Source: the human T2T-CHM13v2.0 reference genome, Homo sapiens. Taken from it: a DNA stretch of 64,000 bases. The stretch lies in NCBI RefSeq assembly GCF_009914755.1, contig NC_060942.1; one strand, given 5' to 3'. Below the pieces are notes generated by a model. It was given only the letters and a program-made list of their open reading frames with translations. It did not search any database and was not told where the DNA came from. Shown here piece by piece: positions 12,520 through 23,679 of this stretch; the stretch's first letter is position 1; each line of letters opens with the position of its first letter. The translations under genes and the position numbers were made by a program.

Positions 12520-13985
12520 CACTTTCAACATTACGACTCTGAGATTTAACTATATTGTTTCATGAATCAGCAGTTCATTCATGCACGGAGTGTGTAATAT
12601 TCCTTTGTAGCAAATTATTCTCATTTATTTTCCATTCCATTGTTAATTGGCATTCTTTACAAGTCATTAATAAACTTTTATAAGCATGTTTTTATAGGTA
12701 GATGCTCAGGAGTGACATTGCTGGCCATGGGATATAGATTTATTCAACTTTAGTGGGTTCTGCTCGACAATTTTCCTGAAATTATCATACTTTACCAGTA
12801 ATGTGTATGTGAGATCCACCTGTTTTAGGTACTTGATACTTCCTTTTATGCCTTTCCATTTTAGTTAAAAATGTGTTGTTTTACACATGGAAAAATGCTC
12901 ACCATCACTGGCCATCAGAGAAATGCAAATCAAAACCACAATGAGATACCATCTCACACCAGTTAGAATGGCAATCATTAAAAAGTCAGGAAACAACAGG
13001 TGCTGGAGAGGATGTAGAGAAATAGGAACACTTTTACACTGTTGGTGGGACTGTAAACTAGTTCAACCATTGTGGAAGACAGTGTGGCGACTCCTCAGGG
13101 ATCTAGAACTAGAAATACCATTTGACCCAGCCATCCCATTACTGGGTATATACCCAAAGGACTATAAATCATGCTGCTATAAAGACACATGCACACGTAT
13201 GTATATTGCGGCACTATTCACAATAGCAAAGACTTGGAACCAACCCAAATGTCCAACAATGGTAGACTGGATTAAGAAAATGTGGCACATATACGCCATG
13301 GAATACTATGCAGCCATAAAAAATGATGAGTTCATGTCCTTTGTAGGGACGTGGATGAAATTGGAAATCATCATTCTCAGTAAACTATTGCAAGGACAAA
13401 AAACCAAACACCACATGTTCTCACTCATAGGTGGGAATTGAACAATGAGAACACATGGACACAGGAAGGGGAACATCACACTCTGGGGACTGTTGTGGGG
13501 TGGGGGAAGTGGGGAGAGATAGCATTAGGAGATATACCTAATGCTAAATGACGAGTTAATGGGTGCAGCACACCAGCATGGCACATGTATACATATATAA
13601 CTAACCTGCACATTGTGCACATGTACCCTAAAACTTAAAGTATAATAATAATAAAATAAAATTTAAAAAAAGAAAAGTAACAGTTTACGTACACAGCCCC
13701 ACAAGAAATAACTTGATTTTCCTTAATAAAAAAGGAAAGCATATTTATGAAATAAAAAAAGTGTTGTTTTAATATGTAACTTCTGATGACTAATTGAGCA
13801 ATTTATTGACATTCGCTATCTTTTGTGAATTGGCATTTTTCCTACTTTTTCTAAGTTTTCTATGAATAAATGTAGTATATGAGCTTTTATTCACTATATA
13901 TGTGAATATTTAATTATATACAATGTATTAGAATTCTTTCACCTACTTTGTAATTGCCTTTTCATTTTCTCAATAATGCCTTTGA
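12520..13985 (-). mobile_element. Ancient L1ME fragment split by the L1PA insertion
   Basis: Antisense L1 motifs (gagtgacattgctggccatgggatatagatttattcaacttt; ctgatgactaattgagc) that join across the TSD. Confidence 0.55.
12884..13676 (+). mobile_element. L1PA3-type LINE-1, 5'-truncated (ORF2 C-terminus, 3' UTR and A-tail)
   Basis: ORF 12887-13441 is the ORF2p C-terminal region with the CCHC motif [18 protein letters not shown], ending HMFSLIGGN. The 3' UTR has gctaaatgacgagttaatggg. TSD aaaaa(t/a)gtgttgtttta at 12867-12883 and 13755-13771. Confidence 0.95.
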
Positions 13986-14361
13986 AGTGGATTTTAGTAA
14001 ACTGACTGCAAAAGTGCCTAGCACTTCAATGTCTGTTTTCTATAAGTCCAGTTATTTTTCATGCATAATTTTTAAATGAGAGTTTTTTCAGTAATGATTG
14101 TATCACAATATACTTTGATTTTCAGAAGAAGTTGGTCATCAGTTATGTGTCAGCAAGTTGGGTCATATATTGCATCTATGGTACCAGGATGGGTTAGTGG
14201 TGGCATTTTTTTTCTTTCTACCATAGCAATAAATTTGTGCCTCTGTAAACGTTAAAACAATACTCACAATATGATCTCACAACATGGTTAATTAATAATT
14301 TACACTTCTATGTGCTGATTTTTAAAAATAATGATATTGTCAGTCATCTCTGCATTTCTTT

Positions 14362-14672
14362 TTAACGTTTTTTTCTAATTTTTATATTTTTGGAGACAGA
14401 GCTCACTTTGTTGCCTATGCTGCAGTGCAGTGGTATGATCGTAGCTCACCGTAATCTAACTCCTGGCCTCAAGCAATCCTTCTGCCTCAGCCTCCTGAGT
14501 AGCTAAGACCAGAGGCACACGTCACCACATATGACTAAATTTTCTTTATTTTTGTAGAGACGACGTCTTGCTGTGTTGCCCAGACTGATCTCAAGTGCTG
14601 GGCCTCAAGTGATTCTCTCACCTTAACCCCCCAAAGTGCTGGGATTACAGGCATGAGCCATTGCACCCAGCC
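14362..14672 (-). mobile_element. AluJ
   Basis: J-type gatcgtagctcac and ctcaagcaatccttctgcc. TSD ct(c/t)tgcatttcttt at 14348-14361 and 14673-14686. Confidence 0.92.
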
Positions 14673-15639
14673 CTTTGCATTTCTTTAAAGCAGTTTCCTA
14701 AGATATTTGTTGATGTTGGAATAAAAATGCTATTTTGCCCTTGCCTTGTGATAAAAATCTAAGAAAATGAATATACATTTAGCACAGAAAATAAATTACA
14801 TTTTACCATATTGATTTGAGAATTATCAACAAACAAAACAAAATACCAAAAAAGGCTCTTGGATGGAAAACAGAGGGAGACTTATTTTTATTGATGCAAG
14901 GAAACCAAACTCTTGTATTCAGTGCTGCCTTAGATGAGATGGGCAGTGACGGGGGCAGTGTGGGGATTGAGTGAATCAGACTTTAGAAGAATAAACACAA
15001 TCAACACATTAGCCATGAGTGATAGACGTGAGTCTAGCACTTGACATTTTGGACTAATGTAGATCCATTTGTAGTTACTTTCCAACGTTAAGATTGTGTG
15101 ATTTGGTGACTATAAATATAGTTCTCAATTTGGTAGAACATTTTCAGAATCATTATTTATTGAATAATTTTCTGTAAGGCAAACCTCGTTTAGCCACTGA
15201 TTTACATTTATACTGGTAATATATGGTAATAGTATGATTGTCCCCAATATTATAAATCAAGAAGTTTTAGTGAAGAGAAATGAGGGCTGTAACAGACCTC
15301 ATAAGATGCTGAATACCATTGTAAATTATCATTGTTGTAAGTATTTAAAGCTGGACTTCCTATTCTAGTTATTTATATTCCATTTACATTTTCAAATAGC
15401 CTTCCTATAGCATCTTTTGTGTACTGGTTCAGAAAATATTCTTGCATGCCTGGGAATGTCTTGAGTTCATGCCCACCCCTCCTAAAATTATGCTCCTAAA
15501 AAACATGGATCTTACTTATCCAATCTATAAATAGTGTAACTTTAAATCAGTTTATATCGAAATGTCAGAATTAAGTAAAATTTAAAAGTTGTTCTTTAAA
15601 AATTATTAATAGCATGCATTAAAATTAGAAACACATTAG

Positions 15640-16013
15640 TATAAAGTAAATAAGCAGGAGAATATTAGCCTGAAGCTGTCTCTGTACATGGAGGTCCTAT
15701 ATAACAAAACTACAAGCTTAGTGCATAAATGACCCAAAACCTAACTAACTTAGGAGTATAACAGTCAAGTTTCAGCCCATCACAGACCGTCAACTCTTCA
15801 CACAATGGCCAAATAAGGTAATCACCCAGCCATAACCAATCAGCTGATTTCTCTCCTCTGTTTCCGCATCTAGCCTGTAAAAGCTCGCTGCTCACCCCGC
15901 CATGTGGAGCTCTCTGAACGTCTCCTGGTTTTGAATGCTTCCTGATTCATGAATCATTCTTTGCTCAAATAAACTCTGTTAAATTTAATTTGTCTAAAGT
16001 TGTTCTTTTAACA
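15640..16013 (+). mobile_element. ERV1 solo LTR, MER57/MER93 group
   Basis: Contains taaccaatcagctg (CCAAT) and ends ttctttgctcaaataaactctgttaaatttaatttgtctaaagttgttcttttaaca, the typical MER57-family terminus. Confidence 0.8.
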
Positions 16014-16774
16014 TTAAGAAGATGAATAATGTTTTGAAACATTTGGAGAAAGTAAATCTTAATTAATTAAAATAGCCAATCCTTTCTGAAAAGGTGTTAT
16101 ATGCACTTTGTATCTAATTTTGTAAAGAAGACTGAATGCTTTGCTCACTCACACACACATACGGACACAAACTTTGCAAGTATTTTGGTACGTATAATAG
16201 GATATTTAAGGCTAATAAAAAGAGTGTGAAAGACATTAATTAGGATATGTTATTATTTGAAGGCATAATATAAATGTATTTTTCAGAATTACACAACATA
16301 TGTATGCCAACATAAGCATGGGTGTGTATAATATTACACAATTGTATCAAAAAACAATTGCTCACTCCTTTCCTTTCCAACTCCATAGCATTGTCATGAC
16401 ACATGACATTGCAGATATAATTCTACCACTGTATGCTGAACAGCTTATACATATTAGTAAATATGAAGCTCCCAGGAAATATGCAGTGGTATTTTTTTCT
16501 AAGAGAACAGAGTGGTCTGTTGCCTTTTAAGTATATTTTTTAAAGCATAAGAAAAATGTATTATAAAGTCTCTATGAGTTACAACCAATAATTTTTAGAA
16601 ATTAGAAAAAGCAAAGAAAACAGTGACAAAAATGAAAAGAAAACCTTCTGTAGCAGAGATGCTTTCTTTTACACCCTGAGGGAATGTATCTTACTTTCTG
16701 AGTCCCCACGGCTTTCTGATATTACTTAGAGGGTGTCATGCCTGTACTCCCGTAAGTTATATTTTTTTCATGAT

Positions 16775-16890
16775 TTGATTATAAGGTTTCCAAGATGAGA
16801 AACCAAATATTACATTTTTAAACTTTATACAGTGCCTGAAAGAATCCCTTATGTATAATAGTTGCTAAATATATATTAATTGAATTGCAT
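16775..16890 (+). mobile_element. L2 3' end remnant
   Basis: gattataaggtttccaagatgagaaacc...acagtgcctg...aatagttgctaaatatatattaattgaattg resembles the L2 tail. Confidence 0.4.
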
Positions 16891-19184
16891 TTTATTGTAT
16901 TTTTCATGCACCTAACAATGAATAAAGTTTTAAAACTATTTTTCTTCTTTTTACTTTGCATCTTAGGTTGGCAAAACACATTAGGCAGACTAAAAGCAAC
17001 TTTAATAAAGTAATTTTAATATGCTTCTTTAACCCTAGGGAATCTTTTAATAAAGAGATCAAAGAGTTGGATTTTTATGCAGTGCACTCAAGGGGACAAT
17101 GTGTGACTCTGGCGACTAATTGAGAGCAGCATTTTATTGCATTACGCTGGGAGCTGGACACTAATTACACCAGTTAGAACATTTTCTTAGCACAACCCAT
17201 TCCAGAGGAAGTCAAATACACAGGGGGCAGAATTTAAAATAACCTTTAAAATAAAAAAGAAAAGGAGATGAAATGTTTAAATGGAAATATTTCTTAGTAT
17301 TAAGATACTTAATATATGCTATCCATTAGCATTAGAGCCTTATCAAGCTCACCCTCAGAATTGCGTACTGCTGTAGAAACACATAAATATGTGTATTTTC
17401 ATATATACTACACATATGTATTTGGAATCTTGAAAGTCATAGTAATTTATTAATACAGTTCCCATCAAAGGAAATATGGTGCTATTTTGCCACTGTAACA
17501 AGTTTCTTTCATTGTGAACAATTACAGCTATGACAATTTTGCTTCCATATGTTGCATTTTTAAATAAAATGAGTCCCAGTTTTAGGAGGTCATTTTATGG
17601 TGACCATGAAAATTGGAATACTCAAGTTAACAGACCTGAATGAACAGAACATGTCAGTAAAAAGTCAGGATACAGTCTCAACACAAATGTCACATCTAAT
17701 GTCTCCTCCTGAGAAAAGAAAGCTGTGGTGAGAGTTCTGTTCTTTGCCTTCTGAATCATTTGTTGATACAGTTAATAAGCCAGTTTACAGGATATGGGTG
17801 TTCTGGGATACAGAGATTTCTCCCATAGCTGACCAACACAGAAAAATGAAAAGTGTCCTCTGAAATCCCCCCAACACAAAGCCCCCTAGATCATTTAGAA
17901 CATCCTCAGCGGCTAAGACAAGTTATTCAATGTTCTTTTGGTTTAATAACATTTCTTACTAGAGAAGACGTTCTGTAAATCAGAGAAAGCCTTTTCAGTG
18001 TTTTTGTTTTTGTTTTGAAATTTTATTTTAAATAGTGGAAGAATACAACAGAGTAGAGAGAAAGGAAGTCTGAAATGAATATTTGTTTTCCAATTCCAAA
18101 ACTGAATGTTCTAAGAGGAACAAACAGAATATTTGAGAACAGCAGCTTGATCCTACTTCCCAGATGAGGAGGAAAGATAAGATTCCCCGATGCCCTGATG
18201 CTCTGGAGAGGACAGAACAGAGGTGGGAAACAGAAGTAAATTGTAGAGCAATGGTCCAAGAACTCTGATCCTTGATTCTTTTGATCCTTAATTACGGTCT
18301 ACTTCGAGGGAGATAACAAAAACAGTCACGTAAGTGTAGGTTCTAAAACCAGTGACACAAGTGGGGGTTCTGATGGCACCCCAGCAAGGCACAGGGAGCA
18401 AAGGGCTGCATAATAATTCCAAACATGGAGTTCTTTACATATCCTTAAAGAGATGTCATGCTTTGGCTTTGGAAACAAAGAAACAAAGGATTCAGATTTC
18501 CCAAGGCTGATCATAAAGTAATAGGGAGAGCAACAAGAGGGAAGGATTCCAGTGGTCGATGCTGATACCTTTTTTGTGCCTGTTTTTGTGCATCACTGGT
18601 TAAAGACCAGGTTTCCTAGATAATAGTGGACACTTCAGTAAAAATATGTGTATGTGTGTGTGTATGTATGTATATATATGTATATCTATATATCTCTTTT
18701 CCCTATTATGCTTTAGAACCATTCACTCCTTCCAGGACTAAAACATAGCCCCAGGAAAAGTTGGTAGGATAGTCAGGTTATAAGAAATATATATAGGATC
18801 TGCCTCTGATATTGAAAAATAAAATAATTGAAATTATATAAAAGAAAATGGAGAAGAGATGTAGTTATTGCATACCTAAATTGTGGACAGAGGGTGCTAC
18901 AAGCAAGGCACTGAGGATAAAATGATGAGACCAGAGACATGGCTGCCATCATCAGAAAGTTTACAGTCTGCTGTGGGAGGCAAATAATCATGAATCCTTT
19001 CATGTATATGGAAATAAAGGTTTAGTGTATTGCTACAGAATGTACCTGAGGGATTACTTTGTATGTTTGTGGATTTTATATTCGAAACCAGAGAAAACCT
19101 CTCTGAAAATTTTGCATCTTATTAACAGATGAATAATGAATATGACTCATTCCTATAAAAAATGGGGAAGAGTATTCTAACAAG

Positions 19185-19185
<1 letters not shown>

Positions 19186-19232
<47 letters not shown>
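19186..19232. repeat. (CA)~23 microsatellite
   Basis: Read directly. Confidence 0.97.
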
Positions 19233-19235
<3 letters not shown>

Positions 19236-19389
19236 CCCAAGCCATGATGTGGAACTAGTTTTGTGCTTTCAAGGCACTGAGGGGATTCCATGGTAGAGGA
19301 AGGGGAGTGAGGCTGATTGGAGAAGGAAATGCGGTAGGAGGCAGGGACAGGATCCTGCTGGGCCTTGCTCTCGCAGGCCATATTATGAA

Positions 19390-19691
19390 TTTTTTTTCTT
19401 TTTTTTTTTCTTTGATACAGAGTCTCTGTCGCCCAGGCTGGTGTGCAGTGGTGCAATCTTGGCTCACTGCAACCTTTGCCTCCTGGGTTCAAGCGATTCT
19501 CTTGCCTCAGCCTCCCGAGTAGCGGGGGTTACAGACACCCGCCACGACGGCCAGTTAATTTTTGGTATTTTTAGTAAAGACAGGGTTTCACCATGTTGGT
19601 GAGGCTAGACGTGAACTCCTGACCTCAGGTGATCCACCTATCTCGGTCTCCCAAAATGCTGGGATTACAGGCGTGAGCCACCGCGCCTGGC
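19390..19691 (-). mobile_element. AluSx-type
   Basis: Full antisense Alu with ctcctgacctcaggtgatcc. Short TSD tgaatt. Confidence 0.94.
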
Positions 19692-20076
19692 GTGAATTGT
19701 TGTCATCATCATATAAACAATGGGTTGACACTAGAATACTTTGAACTGGAGGAGATGGAAAGAGATATATGTTTGAAGAAGACCACTGTGATTAATGTGT
19801 CTAGAAGAAATTCAGAGAGTGGAAAATGTAGAATCAAAGTGACCCATGGGAACCAGGCTAATGTCACCTGTCTTCAGTTAGGATTATGGTAGTGGAACTA
19901 AAATAAAGAAGACAGTAGATTTTGCCAATTGCGGAGAGAGAAGGAGACAATGAATTTGATATGTAGAATCAAAAGAAGTGAAACAAAGCAGGAAAGCAAG
20001 AGAACTTTTCATGGAACAGACCTAAATTTCTGGTGAGTACAGTGGGGCAATGTTTGTAGCATTCATTGACATATTC

Positions 20077-20236
20077 AATGGTGCTTCTCAAACTTTCATG
20101 TACGTACTTATTACCTGGGGATAATCTACAAACTCTGACTTAATTAGACCTGGGACACACCTAACCCGTATTCTAAAGAAGCACCTTGATGATGCTGGTG
20201 ATGCGGGTTCTCAGGACACAGTCAGATCAGAAAGGA
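20077..20236. mobile_element. MER5 (hAT-Charlie) non-autonomous DNA transposon
   Basis: ttctcaaactttcatgtacgtacttattacctgggga...gatgatgctggtgatgcggg resembles MER5A/B. Confidence 0.6.
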
Positions 20237-20794
20237 TATGAAAAGTGGGAAGATGAGGTGGGGCCATACTTGGTCTAACAGCAGATGTAGTTTGGAAGGT
20301 ACCAAGATTGAGGTGCCATGGGAGAGACAAGTGGAAATGACCCCAAAACAATTGGCTTTATTTTAGTCCATTAATCAATGTGCCTAGAAACAATGTATTA
20401 ATACAAGACATGCTAACTGCTGATTAAATTGTTAAACGATGAAATCTAGTTCCATCATCAAGCCTGTGATTGAATTAATTGGGTTATTTATTTTCTGATC
20501 TATATGCGTCATCCTTCTGCATACAGTTGAAATTAGTATATTTCCCATGAGGATTGTTGCTAAGTTACTAACAAAATTAATTATAAGGAAAGAAGCAGAA
20601 AGACATCTAGCTACTTAAAAGTAAATATGAAATATTAAAACTAATACATTTATAATGTTTAGTAGAATAATTCATGCATTTAAGCTTATGCATTTTTAGT
20701 TGCTTCTTTTTGCTGTTAAAATAATGATACATTTTTGATAACCCCAGAGATCATGTCACATAGGCCATTTCATAAGAAGTAGACATGTGCATTA

Positions 20795-21102
20795 CATTAT
20801 CCTTAGCAAATTAATACAAGAACAAGAAACCAAACACTGCATATTCTCACTTATAAGTGGGAGGTAAGCACTGGGTACACATGGGCATAAATATGAAAAC
20901 CATAGCCACCACAGACTACTAGAGTGAAGCGGGAGGGAGTGGGGCAAGAGCTGAAAAGCTACCTATTGGTGCTATGCTCAGTGCCTAGGTGACGGGATCA
21001 TTTGTACCCCAAACCTCAGTATCATAAATATACCCAAGTAACAAACCTGCACTTTTACTCCCTGAATCTAAAATAAAACTTGAAATGAAAAAAAAAAAAA
21101 AA
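20795..21102 (+). mobile_element. L1PA15/16-type 3' end with poly(A)
   Basis: ctcacttataagtgggag...ctgaaaagctacctattgg...ccccaaacctcagtatc...cctgaatctaaaataaaa followed by an A-run. Confidence 0.85.
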
Positions 21103-21492
21103 TGGAATGTAGCTCTGGGTCTGGCTTATGTGAAGTCAATAAACATTTCTTAAGTGAATAAATAACTGAATTAATTGTAAGAATTACTGTTTATTTGGCT
21201 TTTAATTTGCCTCTTTCATTTTGTTTTATAACCTATGTATTTTTCAGGTAAAGTGAAATGGCATTCTTTAAAACTATTTTAACTTAATTATCCATTTTAA
21301 AATCTGAATGCCATGGCAAGCTTCTCTCAGAACCTCAAAGGTGCTGATGGGACTTTATCAACTTTGGGACCCAATAAACACAAAGGAAATCTCCAGATCT
21401 GATGTGCTCCTTCATGATTCCTGACCTTGTGCTGGAGGTAATTCCTAGTAGTGTGAACTTCAGGAACATGTAACATGAAATCAGAGGGTGTG

Positions 21493-21748
21493 GGCCAAGT
21501 GCGGTGGCTCACATCTGTAATCCCACCACTTTAGGAGGCCAAAGTGGGCAAATCACTTGAGGTCAGGAGTTCGAAACCAGTCTGGCCAACTAGTTTCATA
21601 GAGACATGGTGAAACCCTGTCTCTATGAAAAATACAAAAATTAGCTGGGCATGGTGGTGTGCACCTGTAATGTCAGCTACTCAGGAGGCTGAGTCAGGAG
21701 AATCACTTGGAACCCCCAGCCTGGGCAACAGAGTGAGATTTCATCTGT
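21493..21748 (+). mobile_element. AluS with an inverted micro-duplication and a ~45-bp right-arm deletion
   Basis: Starts ggccaagtgcggtggctcac. The join cttggaacccccagcctgggc lacks gggaggcggaggttgcagtgag... TSD aaatcagagggtg(t/c)g at 21478-21492 and 22007-22021. Confidence 0.93.
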
Positions 21749-21855
21749 AAAAGAAAGAAAGCAAGCAAAAGAAAGAGAAAGAGAGAGAGGAAAGAAGGAA
21801 GGAAGGAAGGAAGCAAGGAAGGAGAAAGAGAGAGCGAGAGAAAGAAAGAAAAAAG

Positions 21856-21888
<33 letters not shown>

Positions 21889-21934
21889 AAGAAAGAATGA
21901 AAAAAGAAAAAAGAAAGAAAGAAAGAAGAAAGAA

Positions 21935-21998
<64 letters not shown>

Positions 21999-22009
21999 AA
22001 AAGAAAAAA
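21749..22009 (+). repeat. Compound (GAAA)n/(GGAA)n/(GA)n STR expanded from the Alu tail
   Basis: About 260 bp of almost pure purine lying inside the Alu TSD. Confidence 0.95.
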
Positions 22010-23564
22010 TCAGAGGGTGCGTAGATTCTACCTGCTTAGCTACTTCATGGAAGAGTTAATTTATTTATCACTTTTTAATGTATGACTTCTAGATCGGAAA
22101 ATTCATTTCCCTTATTAACAAAGCCCAATTGAAATTCTCATTGCAATAGCATTAGGGTCTAAAATGTGCAATGTGAGGTTGAGGTCTAATTCTTCAGAGG
22201 AAGTTTCTTCTAATGGCCTTTTCCTCCCCTGAAGAACATAGAAAATAAGCATATGTTAGATTTACTATAAATGAGCGTTTAAAAAATACAAAGATTTATT
22301 TTGGCTAATCCAGACTGAAATTGTAACATAATTATTTCAATCACCTTAAATGATTTTTTTTTAGCTATGGAACTTAAATTCACTCATTTCCAAGAAATTT
22401 ATTTTGACATTTAATCATCTAGTATTTTTTCTCTTAGGGCTTAAACACTTAAACATCTGTTATTATCAAACAGCTTGAAGATAACTGCTCTGGTTAAATC
22501 ATCCCAAGCAAGGTTAAAATAAACAGAGTCAAAACAACTAGAACAAATCAACTTCCTGCAAAAGCATCTTGATGATAATATTTCTTATTTTAATTAGTTT
22601 TCCTCTCAAATTGTAGGCCATTACAAGTTAAATTATCTTTAATAGGACTTTTCAATCTTTAAATTTCAATCATTTTCATCCATAATAACCCACTTAGATT
22701 GAAAATTATCTTCTCTGGTTCACTTAATTTTAAAAATGCTACATGTATCACTTGCAATATTTTATTTGCTAATCATAATTTGACATTGATATGTTTGTAG
22801 ATAATAACACTTATGCTGCTAGAATGAAGTACTTTTATATTCTGAATGTAATTTTGAAACACCATAAATATAATTCAATTAAATAGTCTAGAATACAGGA
22901 GATGAAGTTTTTGTTTTTTATAGTTTTTTGACCAATTAAGATGAATTTCTTTGCAGAACTCCTTTCTGCTATCAATAAATGAAATTTATCTAAGCTAAAG
23001 TATTTATTTTTAAAATAAATAATTAGATGTCTTTACATTTTTACAATGTATACCACATATAAACATATTTGAATCAGGGGAAAGATGAGAAAACACAAAT
23101 GAAAGATAAGAAAATTCCACAGAAAGCACAGGTATGTCATGACTTGGCTGTGGTGAACACCTAATATTGGGACATCTCTATGACAGTTTATAATTCCTGT
23201 ACCTTAGGCTTGAATATTATATTCATGTTTCTCTCAAGATGCTGAATCAGTAGTGACTGATGTGTCCTTCCACATGTTCAGTCTCAAGAAACAGGAGAAG
23301 GAAAACATAGATACACAAAAAATTTTGTGTAACTCTCAGAAAGACCAAGACTGATATGAACTAGATGGTGGGTGCAAATTCTGCTTTTCTCTCCAGGCTT
23401 TGTCAGATCCACTTTAATCAGCATACTGGAGTGAGCATCCTTAATAATAAAATAAAAGCAGCAGCCACAGACATCCTATAGGATAGGCAGAAGAAAAGGA
23501 AACCAGGGGGCCAGGCAGTTTCTTTCTACCTGCTCCTCCAAAACCCAAGAGATGGCAGACAATG

Positions 23565-23668
23565 TAGTGAATCCTGATCATGGCTATACAGTCGAATTAC
23601 CTGGGGAGCCCTTCTTGTAGATTCCGATGCCCAACTCATTCTCCAAATCAACTAAATCAGCATCTCTG
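23565..23668. mobile_element. MER5A-like fragment
   Basis: gaattacctggggagcc...agattccgatgccc...aaatcagcatctctg. Confidence 0.55.
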
Positions 23669-23679
23669 TTTATTTGACA

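Larger units (their letters stand above)
18865..20345 (-). mobile_element. L2a LINE, degraded, with nested (CA)n, AluSx and MER5
   Basis: Antisense L2 motifs gcaaggcactgaggataaaatgatgag and aagtttacagtctgctgtggg, plus gattgaggtgcc...gtggaaatg near 20305-20340. Confidence 0.65.

Noticed and set aside
12887-13441. Open 184-aa ORF with a CCHC motif
   Set aside because: It is the C-terminus of L1 ORF2p in a 5'-truncated, promoterless young L1. Intactness reflects age, not a gene.
21897-22085. Lys/Glu/Arg-rich ORF
   Set aside because: Translation of the (GAAA)n microsatellite.
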